DNA of 43,437 bases, taken from a virus (Duplodnaviria; Caudoviricetes). Numbering within the stretch: position 1 is the first letter of the stretch; each line of letters starts with the position of its first letter. The position numbers were made by a program, and so were the translations under genes. The stretch is taken from positions 1 to 43,437 of IMG/VR virus record IMGVR_UViG_3300024251_000016; one strand, given 5' to 3'. Under the pieces are notes generated by a model. It was given only the letters and a program-made list of their open reading frames with translations. It did not search any database and had not been told where the DNA came from. Positions 1-8,912 of this stretch are shown here, piece after piece.

Positions 1-127
1 CGCTCGGCGAGCGCGAGTGATCGAATGCGCCCATGTCCTGGGCTTGGCGGATGGCCTCGATCGCCCGATCCGGAACGCGGGCCAACCGCCCGCCCGGTCG
101 CAGCACATCCACGACGCCATCGATCTC
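1..127. repeat. Terminal direct repeat copy 1 (circular assembly overlap)
   Basis: 1-127 identical to 43311-43437; a reading frame runs straight through the join. Confidence 0.95.
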
Positions 128-334
128 CAGCAGCCTCGGCAAGTCACGGGACGGCTCGCAGCAGGCAAACAGGTAGCCCGGAAACAGCGCCCGCCATGTG
201 ACCTCGCGTTCGCCGCGGTGCGTCTTGCGGACCAGCTCGACCGGCAGGAACGCCACCATTCCGGATGCCTCGATGCCGATGAGCGCCCTCCCCTCGGCGC
301 CCGGCTTTGATTTGATCGCGTGCCATTCGGTCAT
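1..334 (-). CDS. NusG/RfaH-family transcription antiterminator, 5' part (continues 43310->43150; 164 aa total)
   Basis: Manual translation from ATG 334: MTEWHAIKSKPGAEGRA...RALFPGYLFA...DGVVDVL (NGN domain); ATGA overlap with upstream gene stop. Confidence 0.88.
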   Translation of the reverse strand, partial: MTEWHAIKSKPGAEGRALIGIEASGMVAFLPVELVRKTHRGEREVTWRALFPGYLFACCEPSRDLPRLLEIDGVVDVLRPGGRLARVPDRAIEAIRQAQDMGAFDHSRSPS

Positions 335-954
335 TCGTCCCTCCCATGCGTGCAAGTGCTGGCAATCGAGATCAGTAGATCGCGAAAGGGAAGCGGGGTG
401 GCCTTGCGCTGGTTGGCGGAAAGCCGCTGGCAGGCTCCAGTCTTGATCGCGCGGCGCCGCTCCTCGATCGAATGAAAGCCTTCATCGAGACGCACGAAGT
501 CTCCTGGCGCGTCGCCCCACCGGAGCGACGGCAACTGGACGGCATAGGCATAGAGCCACGTCGCCTTGCGCGCACGGTGCCCATAGGCGCCCTGCTCGAT
601 GCAGCAGGTCCACCCGCCAAGGAAGTCCGCCACGACCCATCCACCATCGCGCGGCGGACGGTTAAGGCCGAACCACGACCACGCGGCCGATCCCTCCGGA
701 TGCTCCAGCACCCCACCGAATCGGCGCACGGTACCAAGCGCCGCTGCAAAGCATCCGCCATCGTCGCCTTTGACAAGCCGCGGCCATGTTGTCGGAGCTC
801 CGCCCCAGTACCGCCCCCACCGCTCGCATGGTGGATGTGCCACCACGGGCCACGGGCCGGCATAGGTGCGGGCGTCGCGCGCTTCGTCCCAAGGGTCGAC
901 GCCATCCAGGCCGAAGTAACAGCCACCCTTCTGGACGTAAAGCGCCGCGATCAT
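331..954 (-). CDS. Divergent C5 DNA cytosine methyltransferase-like protein
   Basis: VVAHPPC (motif IV PC), VLEHP (motif VI-like), YGHRARKATW (motif VIII-like); canonical FxGxG not seen; start ATG 954 preferred. Confidence 0.55.
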   Translation of the reverse strand: MIAALYVQKGGCYFGLDGVDPWDEARDARTYAGPWPVVAHPPCERWGRYWGGAPTTWPRLVKGDDGGCFAAALGTVRRFGGVLEHPEGSAAWSWFGLNRPPRDGGWVVADFLGGWTCCIEQGAYGHRARKATWLYAYAVQLPSLRWGDAPGDFVRLDEGFHSIEERRRAIKTGACQRLSANQRKATPLPFRDLLISIASTCTHGRDE

Positions 955-988
955 TGGCCCCACATCCATAACCCGACCCTCCCATAGG

Positions 989-1564
989 TCATGCGTTCCG
1001 CCTTTTGAAATAGCTCGTTTCGAGCAGATGGCTTAACCCCACCCTCCCCTCGGCAGCCTCTTTCGGCCTTTCCACATTCTCCACAGCCTGCGGCTCGCGC
1101 GCAGTATCTGGTAGAAGAGGTTTTATATTCTTCTTGGAAGGGATAGGGGCACGCCACCCGCGCTGTAGCGCTTGCTGTAGCAAGGGTGGTTTTCCCCAAT
1201 GTTTTTCAGCAGTTGCGTTTCCGCCTTTCCTGCCTGATTCTGCTTTCTTCCGCCGTGTTTCCGCATCGCGGACCATGCGCCGGTTATAAATCCGCCCGGT
1301 GCGGTCGCGGCTGGCGGCGCCCTTTTCCAGTATGCCAGCGATGAGCTTCGACACTGCTTCTGGCGAGGCGCCGGTTACCCGGGCAATCTCTCCGTCGGTC
1401 AATGGTCGTCCCTTACCATCGCAGACATAGCCGAAAGGCTGCGCCGCTGCCGCTAACGCCAACATGTCAATCCATACGCCACGCTCTTCGGGCGTTAGCC
1501 GGCGAACCTCTTGGTCGCCGAGCCAATCGCTCCAAAACCAAAGGGTTGAGGCTTTGGCAGCCAT
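989..1564 (-). CDS. Phage replication initiator (DUF1376/YdaU-like N-terminus)
   Basis: WFWSDWLGD...LTPEERGVWIDML...GRIYNRRMVRD..AESGRKGG; position in the cro-side early operon. Confidence 0.65.
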   Translation of the reverse strand: MAAKASTLWFWSDWLGDQEVRRLTPEERGVWIDMLALAAAAQPFGYVCDGKGRPLTDGEIARVTGASPEAVSKLIAGILEKGAASRDRTGRIYNRRMVRDAETRRKKAESGRKGGNATAEKHWGKPPLLQQALQRGWRAPIPSKKNIKPLLPDTAREPQAVENVERPKEAAEGRVGLSHLLETSYFKRRNA

Positions 1565-1824
1565 TACAGACGTTCCGGCCCGCCACGGCGGCTTGCGAGA
1601 TGGCTAATCAACGAAGCGACCGCGAGCGTGGGACGGTCCAGGCCACCTACCGGAAGCGTTGCGCGATGGAAGCCACCAGCTTCAACCTCGCGAAGGAAAG
1701 CATCTGGTTCTTTTGAACCCTTACGTAAATTACATGGCGCACAAAGCCATTGAAGATTGTGCGGCGCAGTGACGTGGCTTTGAGACGGCGACCGGGAGGA
1801 ACGATTTGCGATGCGGCGGGTCAC
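1564..1824 (-). CDS. HNH endonuclease C-terminal remnant
   Basis: HNLQWLCAPCNLRKGSKEP; lacks the preceding DH(I/V)IP motif; GTG overlapping gcrA stop. Confidence 0.45.
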   Translation of the reverse strand: MTRRIANRSSRSPSQSHVTAPHNLQWLCAPCNLRKGSKEPDAFLREVEAGGFHRATLPVGGLDRPTLAVASLISHLASRRGGPERL

Positions 1825-2567
1825 GGTCGCCACCTCGCTTGCGTGAATGCGCGGGGAGCGCAATTCCCACAATAGGGCATCTGGGCCGCAAGGTCGGCGC
1901 CAGGCGCGCCACAAAATAGTTGACCGCGCCCGGTGTCCGGGCCCACCGGCCATCTGCATGTCTCGGTGGTTAGGTCATAGATCGAGCAAGCGGTGACGGG
2001 AATTGCGTCGGGCTCGATGGTAAGCCTGGTCGCCCTGGGTGTCCGCTCGACGCGCGCCTCCGGCGTCCACGGGGCCGGAATCCCGGAGGCGGGCTTCCGC
2101 TTCCGCTTGCGCGCGGCATTGGCAAGCTTGGTGAACATGCCGCCATAGGTGTTTCGTTCCCGCGTGACGGGCGGCGCCGCACCCTTTGGCCTGCCGCGGC
2201 GGGGCTTGTGCCCTTGACCTGGGACGTAGTAGGGGAGGCTCAAGCCAATGCGGTGTGCCCGGCTGATGACCGAGTTGCGGCTGCGCTTGAGTAGTGCGGC
2301 GATGTCTCGCGCCGAAGTTTTGCCCCACCGGGCGCGCAAGATATCGTCTTCAGAGGACGCCCAAGTGGATGCCGGCCCGCCCTTGTAGTCCGCAGACCCG
2401 CGGTCGCACTGGCAGCAATGGCAGCTCGACACCCACCGCTCGGCACGATGCCCATGCTTGCACGGCTCGCCGGTGCAGTAGCGTATCAGCCCTGCCTTGA
2501 TGGCGTCGGCGCGCAACACGACAGGTGGAGCCTCCGGCTCGACCGGAGTTGAGGTAACGTCAAGCAT
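1821..2567 (-). CDS. gcrA: GcrA-family regulator with N-terminal Cys/His extension
   Basis: W...SARDIAALLKRSRNSVISRAHRIGL HTH and C-terminal LTTETCRWPVG..FCGA...PYCGNC motif. Confidence 0.85.
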   Translation of the reverse strand: MLDVTSTPVEPEAPPVVLRADAIKAGLIRYCTGEPCKHGHRAERWVSSCHCCQCDRGSADYKGGPASTWASSEDDILRARWGKTSARDIAALLKRSRNSVISRAHRIGLSLPYYVPGQGHKPRRGRPKGAAPPVTRERNTYGGMFTKLANAARKRKRKPASGIPAPWTPEARVERTPRATRLTIEPDAIPVTACSIYDLTTETCRWPVGPDTGRGQLFCGAPGADLAAQMPYCGNCAPRAFTQARWRP

Positions 2568-2623
2568 CCGGCATCTCCATGCCCGGAGTGAAAACGAAAC
2601 GCGGCGGAACTCAGAACGGGCGC

Positions 2624-3076
2624 TTACGGGCTGGCGCGCTTCCGTGCGCCCGCTTGTCCCATTTCACGAACAGTTTGGTGACGGCGTGTAGAAGGTGTTT
2701 GAGCAGCGTAATCATCGTCGATCGCCTTGAGTTCTCGTTCGAGGTCTTCGATCTCACGCTGTACACGCTCACGCATCGCGGCGGCTTTGAGCCGCCGCCA
2801 CCACCCCGGCCGCGCATCGCCCATCAGCGCCGCGAGCGCGTCGATCCCCTGTTCGCTCTGGAGCAGCGACACCAAGGCGTCGCTTGAGAGCCCCGTCTTG
2901 CGGGAGAGAAAATATTCCGCTGCACGCAGGCGAAGGCCGGTTAACTCACTGAGGTGATAGGCAGTCTTGTGCGGGAAAAGTTCCCTAACCGTCTGCGCCA
3001 CGCGATCCCAGTGCCCTCGGAGGGACTGAGTACCGCAACGCATTGCGGTTCCCCGATTTGCCGCCAGCGCGCTCAT
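2624..3076 (-). CDS. Phage regulatory protein (CII-like position), hypothetical
   Basis: HTH-like segment (TAYHLSELTGLRLRAAEYFLS) plus coiled coil; downstream of cro. Confidence 0.45.
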   Translation of the reverse strand: MSALAANRGTAMRCGTQSLRGHWDRVAQTVRELFPHKTAYHLSELTGLRLRAAEYFLSRKTGLSSDALVSLLQSEQGIDALAALMGDARPGWWRRLKAAAMRERVQREIEDLERELKAIDDDYAAQTPSTRRHQTVREMGQAGARKRASP

Positions 3077-3581
3077 GGTGTTTTGTCCCCGCCATGGAGG
3101 ACGACATGGTGCCAATACACCTTCGCCGAATGATCAAATGGCTTCTGGTATCCGCCTGGATTGCGCTGTGTGTCGCGGTGCTGGTGTGGCTGTTGTGAAG
3201 AAAAGCGGGAGACGGACTTACGCCTCCCGAAGTAGCCGACCAGGCGTGACGTTGGTCGGCTGGGAGGAACGGCGAGGGGGCGGGGGCCTGTCCAGCGTTT
3301 CCCGCCCCTTCTGTTCGTCACCCCCTCATCTGAGGGGGATGGCGATGAAAATTCGTGGTGTCTCCGTAACATCGAAACGCGTTCCGTTTTGGAACCGCGC
3401 GAAGTTTTCAAGGGCTCGCCATTTTGGCGTTGACACAATGTCGCACCACCCACACAATCAAACCGCGAGCGAAGAACGAACAAACGAAACGCACGCTGGA
3501 AACGCTCCCGATTTTGGGGGTCTGCAGCATGAAGCTGGTCAGCATCACGCCGGATTCCGGCGATGGCGTCGTTGTGCGCGT

Positions 3582-3794
3582 TTACGAGCATCGCGCCTCG
3601 CGAAAACCAAAAACAGCCGGGCTCGCGCGCAAGCGTCGCTTGCAAAGCTCCTCGGAAATTATCTTGAAGCTGTCGGGCGGGATTCGACCGCGCGCCCTCC
3701 ATGTGGAGACCCCGTTGCGGCTCATCCCGAGCACGGCTGCGGCTGCGGCAGTGCCCCCTAGTGCGTCGATGACTTCGTCCACTGACTTGAGCAT
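3582..3794 (-). CDS. cro: Cro-like HTH protein
   Basis: 70 aa, VIDALGGTAAAAAVLGMSRNGVSTWRARGRIP; divergent from repressor. Confidence 0.8.
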   Translation of the reverse strand: MLKSVDEVIDALGGTAAAAAVLGMSRNGVSTWRARGRIPPDSFKIISEELCKRRLRASPAVFGFREARCS

Positions 3795-3799
3795 TCCTA

Positions 3800-3829
3800 A
3801 CCATAGTTCTCGAAGCGAGAACTTGTCAA
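3800..3829 (-). promoter_or_regulatory. PR-like promoter with embedded operator
   Basis: Minus strand TTGACA-18 nt-TATGGT; spacer carries palindrome AGTTCTC-N5-GAGAACT (3805-3823). Confidence 0.8.
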
Positions 3830-3882
3830 GGTTCTTGTTTCGGGCAATCGACGATTATAAAATAGCAAGCAATAATAAGGGG

Positions 3883-4191
3883 ATGGACCGCCCCGAGATC
3901 GTCGGCAAGAGATTGCGCCTGTGGACCAAGGCCGTAGGGCTCAATGCGACCAAGGTCTGCAAGTCCATCAAATATGGCAAAGGGAATTGGTCCGAAATTA
4001 TCAATGGAAAAGAACGGCTTCCGCTCGACGTCGCCGATTCCCTGCACGAGACGTTCGGCCTGTCCCTAGAATGGATGTATTACGGCCGCCCCGAGCCATC
4101 TCTTTCTGCGGAGATGATTGTGCGAATGCAGGAAATTGACGAGCAAGAGGAGCTTGACCGCGCGCGGAAAGCCAAACGAGTGCCGGCCTAG
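3883..4191 (+). CDS. cI: XRE-family phage repressor (CI-like, no S24 peptidase domain)
   Basis: ATG 3883; KRLRLWTKAVGLNATKVCKSIKYGKGNWSEIINGKERL...LSLEWMYYG; flanked by operators. Confidence 0.75.
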   Translation: MDRPEIVGKRLRLWTKAVGLNATKVCKSIKYGKGNWSEIINGKERLPLDVADSLHETFGLSLEWMYYGRPEPSLSAEMIVRMQEIDEQEELDRARKAKRVPA

Positions 4192-4278
4192 CCATGCACA
4201 CGCTCGTCGCCATCCTTGTGACCATCGCGGCGTTTTTCGCCTGCTACTATTTTGCGGTTTGGATGCACGGCGAATAAA

Positions 4279-4333
4279 AGTTCTCATTACGAAAACTTTG
4301 TTGTTGACAAGTTCTCATTGCGAGAACTATAGT
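4279..4333 (+). promoter_or_regulatory. PL-like promoter with two operators
   Basis: AGTTCTC-ATTAC-GAAAACT (4279-4297); TTGACA 4304-4309, AGTTCTC-ATTGC-GAGAACT 4310-4328, TATAGT 4328-4333. Confidence 0.85.
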
Positions 4334-4359
4334 CTCTCCATCGAACACGGAGAGACCAC

Positions 4360-4548
4360 ATGACCGACCACACACGAGAACGCATCGCCTTCACCTCCGC
4401 AGGGGCCGTCCCGCCGCAAATCGCCAAGCGATTGGCCGAGCGCGCAGCCGCAGAGCGCCGCCAAGTCGGCGGCCCTGACAGCCTCGTCAAGCGCGTACAG
4501 CGCGGCGAGGAAGATCGGCCCTGGTGGATGGAAGAAGCCGCGGAATAG
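4360..4548 (+). CDS. Hypothetical early protein
   Basis: First ORF after PL-like promoter; GGAG RBS. Confidence 0.6.
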   Translation: MTDHTRERIAFTSAGAVPPQIAKRLAERAAAERRQVGGPDSLVKRVQRGEEDRPWWMEEAAE

Positions 4549-4608
4549 CGGGGCGCGCCAGCCGGGGCGCGCTCGAAGTACCGGCGCCTTTCAACAGGAG
4601 TGACCGCG

Positions 4609-4782
4609 ATGAAAATCACAATCGTACTGAACGGAGCGGGCGGCGAACTCGATCGGCAAACCATTGTCATGCCGGATGACGACGACAGCGCCGAGGTCTC
4701 CGCACAAATCCACGAGGCTATGGAGACGTGGGTGCTGTCGCCGGGCGACACGATTGTCATTTCCGATACTGAGGCCGCGTGA
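4609..4782 (+). CDS. Small acidic hypothetical protein
   Basis: AGGAG RBS before ATG 4609. Confidence 0.6.
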   Translation: MKITIVLNGAGGELDRQTIVMPDDDDSAEVSAQIHEAMETWVLSPGDTIVISDTEAA

Positions 4783-4940
4783 TGCGCATCCTTCGCGAAT
4801 TCGCCTTCCACCTGCCGCACGCGCTGTTCGACCTCGCCGTGCTCGGCACGTTCCTCTTCGCCATGTTCGTGGTGATGGCCTTCTGGCTGGGAGTCGTCGT
4901 GCTCTGACAACGCTTTGATCTGCACAAGGAACTAACTCAC

Positions 4941-5588
4941 ATGACCGCCCGCACACAAGATCGCATCCAGTTCGCTTCCGCCAGCGCCGTCCGCCGCGCC
5001 ATTCCGGCCCGCGGACGCCAGCCTGACGGAACCAGAACCAGAGACGAGCATCGCGCAGAAATAGTGCGCCGCACGAATGACTATGTGGGGCAAGGCCTCA
5101 CGCCAGACGAAGCGCTCACAAAGGCCAGCGCTGATTGGCAGCAATTCCTCAAGCAGGAGGGTGACGAAAAGGTTGCTGCAGTTAAGCGGTTTCTTGCGGG
5201 AGGCGCCGTCCGCGATCGCCTAACCAAGTCAAAGGGTTGGGCTAATTTGCAGGAAGCCGTCCGCACCGCGGTAAAGCCGACCATCCGCACCGCCTTCGCC
5301 GATCTCCTCGTCGCCCTCGCCGACAATCACCCCGTCAACATCATCGGTGAGGCCGACTCCGCCGACATGGAAGAACGCGCCGAGCATGTGCAGGCCGTCC
5401 TTGGTGCGGTCGAGACCTATCTGACGGCGGTGCTGGCCGACGCCAAGCATCGCACGTCGGGGCTCGACTTCGACGTGAACGTGATGGGGCGGCTCGCCGA
5501 CATGCAGGGCGACCTGGTCGGCGCATTTCGCAATGCTGCCGACGCGATGCGCGAGTTTAAGCGCGAGCGTGAGGCCGACGATCTATGA
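4941..5588 (+). CDS. Hypothetical helical protein
   Basis: 215-aa ORF with AAGGA RBS in early operon. Confidence 0.7.
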   Translation: MTARTQDRIQFASASAVRRAIPARGRQPDGTRTRDEHRAEIVRRTNDYVGQGLTPDEALTKASADWQQFLKQEGDEKVAAVKRFLAGGAVRDRLTKSKGWANLQEAVRTAVKPTIRTAFADLLVALADNHPVNIIGEADSADMEERAEHVQAVLGAVETYLTAVLADAKHRTSGLDFDVNVMGRLADMQGDLVGAFRNAADAMREFKREREADDL

Positions 5589-5761
5589 CCGTGCTTTTGA
5601 CCTGCGGCCTCGTCTTCGCCATCGGTTTCCAGGCCGGGTGCCTTCTCGTGTCAACGAGCCTGATCCTGACGGAGCGGGACACGGAGCCCGCGCCGATACG
5701 GGCACCGGAGTCGAGAATGTTTCCGAGCTATCAAGCCTATTTGGCGCGAGCGGAGTGAATC

Positions 5762-6016
5762 GTGAACCGCACTTACGAGCCGGAAGACGAGCTGGTCGAT
5801 GAATTGGAAACGGCGCTCGACGATCTTCGCGACGCGCAGACCAAAGCCCGACGATACCGCGAGGCGCTCCTCAACCTGTTCTGCGTCGTGAAGGCGCTAT
5901 CTTGCCCGGGCGGCCTCTCGACAGAGACGCTGCGGGAATACCTGAAACAGCATCCAGCGACCCGGGAAGCCGCCGACGCGCTCGGCACCGATCGACTCGA
6001 TGATCCGAAGTTCTGA
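5762..6016 (+). CDS. Hypothetical protein
   Basis: GGAG RBS, 84-aa ORF. Confidence 0.55.
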   Translation: MNRTYEPEDELVDELETALDDLRDAQTKARRYREALLNLFCVVKALSCPGGLSTETLREYLKQHPATREAADALGTDRLDDPKF

Positions 6017-6024
6017 GTCCCGCC

Positions 6025-6201
6025 ATGCCGCCCAAGATCATCACCCACTACTGGATGAAGCCAATTCCGCCCCGTCAATTCGATTGGTCGGCATGGCGCG
6101 ACGGCGACGAGCCGAACGACGATGGACAGATGAACATCGGTTACGGCGCCACCGAGGAAGAGGCCATCGCCGATCTGAAAGAGCAACTTGAAATAGATTG
6201 A
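6025..6201 (+). CDS. Small hypothetical phage protein
   Basis: Manual translation MPPKIITHYWMKPIPPRQFDWSAW...GYGATEEEAIADLKEQLEID; fills gap before bet. Confidence 0.6.
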   Translation: MPPKIITHYWMKPIPPRQFDWSAWRDGDEPNDDGQMNIGYGATEEEAIADLKEQLEID

Positions 6202-6207
6202 GAGGGA

Positions 6208-7308
6208 TTGAACGTGAACGCACCGCAAGCCTTAACCGTTATTCCTGCCGGCCGCGCTCTCGCGCCGTCTCGCTTCACGCCGGAACAGGTTGATCTGATC
6301 CGAAGGACGATTGCGCGCGGCGCGACGGACGACGAGTTGCGCCTGTTCCTGCACCATGCGGACCGCACCGGCCTCGATCCACTCGCGCGGCAAATCTACG
6401 CGATCAAGCGCTGGGATAGCCAGCAACGCCGCGAGGTCATGGGCATACAGACCTCGATCGACGGGTTCCGGCTCATCGCAGAACGCACCGGAAAATACGC
6501 CGGCCAGGTCGGGCCGTTCTGGTGCGGGAGAGACGGGCAGTGGACCGACGCTTGGCTTGCCGACGAGCCGCCTGCGGCTGCAAAGGTCGGCATCATCCGC
6601 AGTGATTTCAAGGAGCCATGTTGGGGCGTGGCTCGGTATGGCGCCTATGCCCAAAAGAACAAGGAGGGCAACCCAACTCGCATGTGGGCCACCATGGGCG
6701 ATGTGATGCTCGCAAAATGCGCCGAAAGTCTCGCGTTGCGAAAGGCATTCCCGCACGAACTCTCGGGCCTCTACACCAACGATGAAATGGAACATGCCGG
6801 ACCGAATACGGCCCGCGCCCGCAACGAGGCCATTGCCCAGATCGAAGACCCTGACGAGCGACGCGCGGCTGCGGAGGCCGCTGCCGATGCGTGGGCAGAC
6901 CGCAACGCCGCAAGCATGGTCAACGCCATGCGGGCTGCGCCCGTCAAGCATGACGCCGATGGTGTAATTTGGGAAGATGCCGGAGAGCGGCCCGCAACGG
7001 CCGACGACGTTATCGAAGATGATAGCGAGCGCTTGACGCGGTTGGATGCAATACTAGCCGAAGCCGCCTCGCGCGGTATGGAGAAGTTGTCGCGCGTTTG
7101 GTTCGACATCCCCAAGGACGCCAAGCCTGCGCTCAAGGCGGCCCTCGACCGCCGCCACAAGCCTGCCGCCGCACAGGCAGATGCAGCGCGCAAGTCAGCA
7201 GCACCGGCGGGTGACGATGGTCTGGACATTCCACCTCAGTTCGATCGCCGCGCGAAGCCAAGCGATGCCGAGCCAAATACTTACGTTGATCTCGTGAGCG
7301 CAGGATAA
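6208..7308 (+). CDS. bet: Phage recombination protein Bet (RecT/Redbeta family)
   Basis: [59 protein letters not shown]. Confidence 0.9.
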   Translation: MNVNAPQALTVIPAGRALAPSRFTPEQVDLIRRTIARGATDDELRLFLHHADRTGLDPLARQIYAIKRWDSQQRREVMGIQTSIDGFRLIAERTGKYAGQVGPFWCGRDGQWTDAWLADEPPAAAKVGIIRSDFKEPCWGVARYGAYAQKNKEGNPTRMWATMGDVMLAKCAESLALRKAFPHELSGLYTNDEMEHAGPNTARARNEAIAQIEDPDERRAAAEAAADAWADRNAASMVNAMRAAPVKHDADGVIWEDAGERPATADDVIEDDSERLTRLDAILAEAASRGMEKLSRVWFDIPKDAKPALKAALDRRHKPAAAQADAARKSAAPAGDDGLDIPPQFDRRAKPSDAEPNTYVDLVSAG

Positions 7309-7309
7309 C

Positions 7310-7816
7310 ATGAAACCGATCGCCATCACCGGCCAGCTTGTCGACGTGCGCAACATCGCGGCGCACAAATCTGCGAGGCTATTGATTGACGTTCCAGCCG
7401 AGCAGGCCGCCAGCATCATTGCGGCATTCGGCTGGCCGACGATGGTAAGCCCGGTCCCGGTAGCGGTGGCGCGCATGAATCCCGAGGGCACCATAGCTCC
7501 GGGCCAGGAGCGGAAGACGGAACCACAAAGGGCGATGTCTTCCGCTCCGCTCCAGCCGGAAGCGCCGAAGGCGAGGCGGCACTGGGATGACTTATCTCCC
7601 GCACAGCAATGCGGGATCCGATGCGCCGATCCAATCTTTCGCAAGTTCCTTGAGGAAAACTACGGGCAGGAATTCAATAACGAGGGCTCTGCAGCGATGT
7701 TTATGCGGGATTACTTCCGCATAGAATCGCGAAGCGATCTGACGGCTAAGCATTGGTCCGCGTTCGATAAAACCTTCCAGGCCTGGAAGGTTGCCGACCG
7801 GGTAGGTGCCGCATGA
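7310..7816 (+). CDS. Hypothetical protein downstream of bet
   Basis: 168-aa ORF tightly coupled to neighbours. Confidence 0.65.
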   Translation: MKPIAITGQLVDVRNIAAHKSARLLIDVPAEQAASIIAAFGWPTMVSPVPVAVARMNPEGTIAPGQERKTEPQRAMSSAPLQPEAPKARRHWDDLSPAQQCGIRCADPIFRKFLEENYGQEFNNEGSAAMFMRDYFRIESRSDLTAKHWSAFDKTFQAWKVADRVGAA

Positions 7817-8145
7817 CCCGCCGCGAATTCCCCGCCAAAATCAAGCTTGCCGCGTTCGAGCGCTGCGGCGGCCGTTGCGAGCTATGCACGGCCAAGCTCT
7901 TTCCCGGGAACATCAATTATGACTTCGACCACCGCATTCCTGCTGGGCTTCGCGGCCTATCCGACTTTGCAAATTGTCTGGTCCTTTGTCGATCGTGCCA
8001 TCGCCAAAAGACGAAAACGGATGTGGCTGTGATCGCCAAGGCGAAACGCATCGAACGCGGGCACGCCGGCATCCGCAAGCCGCGCACGATCACCCGATGG
8101 CGCCGCTTCGACGGCTCGCCGGTCCACGCACCACGGGAGCGATGA
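7813..8145 (+). CDS. HNH endonuclease
   Basis: CELC...FDHRIP...NCLVLCRSCHRQKT. Confidence 0.85.
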   Translation: MTRREFPAKIKLAAFERCGGRCELCTAKLFPGNINYDFDHRIPAGLRGLSDFANCLVLCRSCHRQKTKTDVAVIAKAKRIERGHAGIRKPRTITRWRRFDGSPVHAPRER

Positions 8146-8400
8146 ATGACCTTCGCACTCGAAATCTACCTCACAATGGCCTTCGGTGCCGGCGTCGGAT
8201 GGCTCGCCTGTGCGCTGTTCACGACAGGCCGCCGCGCCGACGATGCGGAGTACATCAGGCAGGCCGGACTCAAGCTTGACGGCAGCCGCGCACTCAATCG
8301 CGCTCTGACCGACGAAAACGAGCGCCTGCAGGCCGAGCTTTCGGAGTTGAACGCGCTTCGCCGTGATGGGCGGGCCTCGCTCAGGGGAATGCTGCAGTGA
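8146..8400 (+). CDS. Small protein, N-terminal TM plus coiled coil
   Basis: Hydrophobic N-terminus; abuts HNH gene. Confidence 0.55.
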   Translation: MTFALEIYLTMAFGAGVGWLACALFTTGRRADDAEYIRQAGLKLDGSRALNRALTDENERLQAELSELNALRRDGRASLRGMLQ

Positions 8401-8570
8401 ACCGCGCCCAAGAGCTGCGCCGCCTCATAGAGAGGCTGAAAGTGCTGCGCTCCAATAGCCGTGTTCCACACGCCAAGGACACCTTGGCAGAGGCCATCGC
8501 CGTCATCGCGAGAGACCTGGACGCCTGCAGGCAACAGGAAAAGGACTTTCCGCCGGAGGCATTCGTTTAA
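8397..8570 (+). CDS. Small hypothetical protein
   Basis: GTGA overlap; 57 aa (manual translation). Confidence 0.45.
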   Translation: MNRAQELRRLIERLKVLRSNSRVPHAKDTLAEAIAVIARDLDACRQQEKDFPPEAFV

Positions 8571-8662
8571 TGAACATGCACAATTTTCTCCTTGGTCCCG
8601 CCAAGCCCGGCGACGGACCAACGCCTGGCCCGGACTCTTCAGCAAAGTCCCGGTCAGGGTTT

Positions 8663-8774
8663 CCCCGTGCTGGAGCAGAGCGATCTCTCGGGGTTGCCAC
8701 ATCATCGGACCGGCTAGCCTCCGGTGGTGTCTCCGAGTGCCGAACAGCGGGTTCGATTCCCGCGACGGGGGCCA
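8663..8774 (+). ncRNA. tRNA-like RNA with 30-nt hairpin inserted in a GCC anticodon loop
   Basis: T-arm GCGGG-TTCGATT-CCCGC, 3' GCCA, bulged acceptor CCCCGT(G)C/GACGGGG, TGGAGCAG D-arm start, anticodon stem CGGGG/CTCCG. Confidence 0.6.
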
Positions 8775-8912
8775 ATCCCATCACCGCAGGCCCGGCCGCG
8801 CTTCGCGATGCGCTTTTTCGGTGCGCTGACGCAATGGCCGACGGCTTCGGCCGCGACTGGGAGCGAGAGGAGATCGAACGCAGGGCGCGGGCATGGGAAC
8901 AGAGGCAGCGAC

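Noticed and set aside
1-127. Biological terminal repeat
   Set aside because: 127 bp equals a common assembler k-mer and falls mid-gene; it indicates circularity only
3073-3591. ORFs between cro and the CII-like gene
   Set aside because: Competing frames on both strands with no recognisable motif; cannot choose one
3805-3823. Operators as LexA boxes
   Set aside because: Inverted GTTC-N9-GAAC fits neither alpha GAAC-N7-GAAC nor Gram-positive GAAC-N4-GTTC
3424-3882. N-terminal extension of the repressor (255-aa ORF call)
   Set aside because: It overlaps cro and its promoter on the opposite strand; ATG 3883 has an RBS and begins the HTH
8663-8774. Canonical tRNA, tRNA-Sec or tmRNA piece
   Set aside because: Too long, bulged acceptor, no TCA anticodon, no tag reading frame; kept only as tRNA-like
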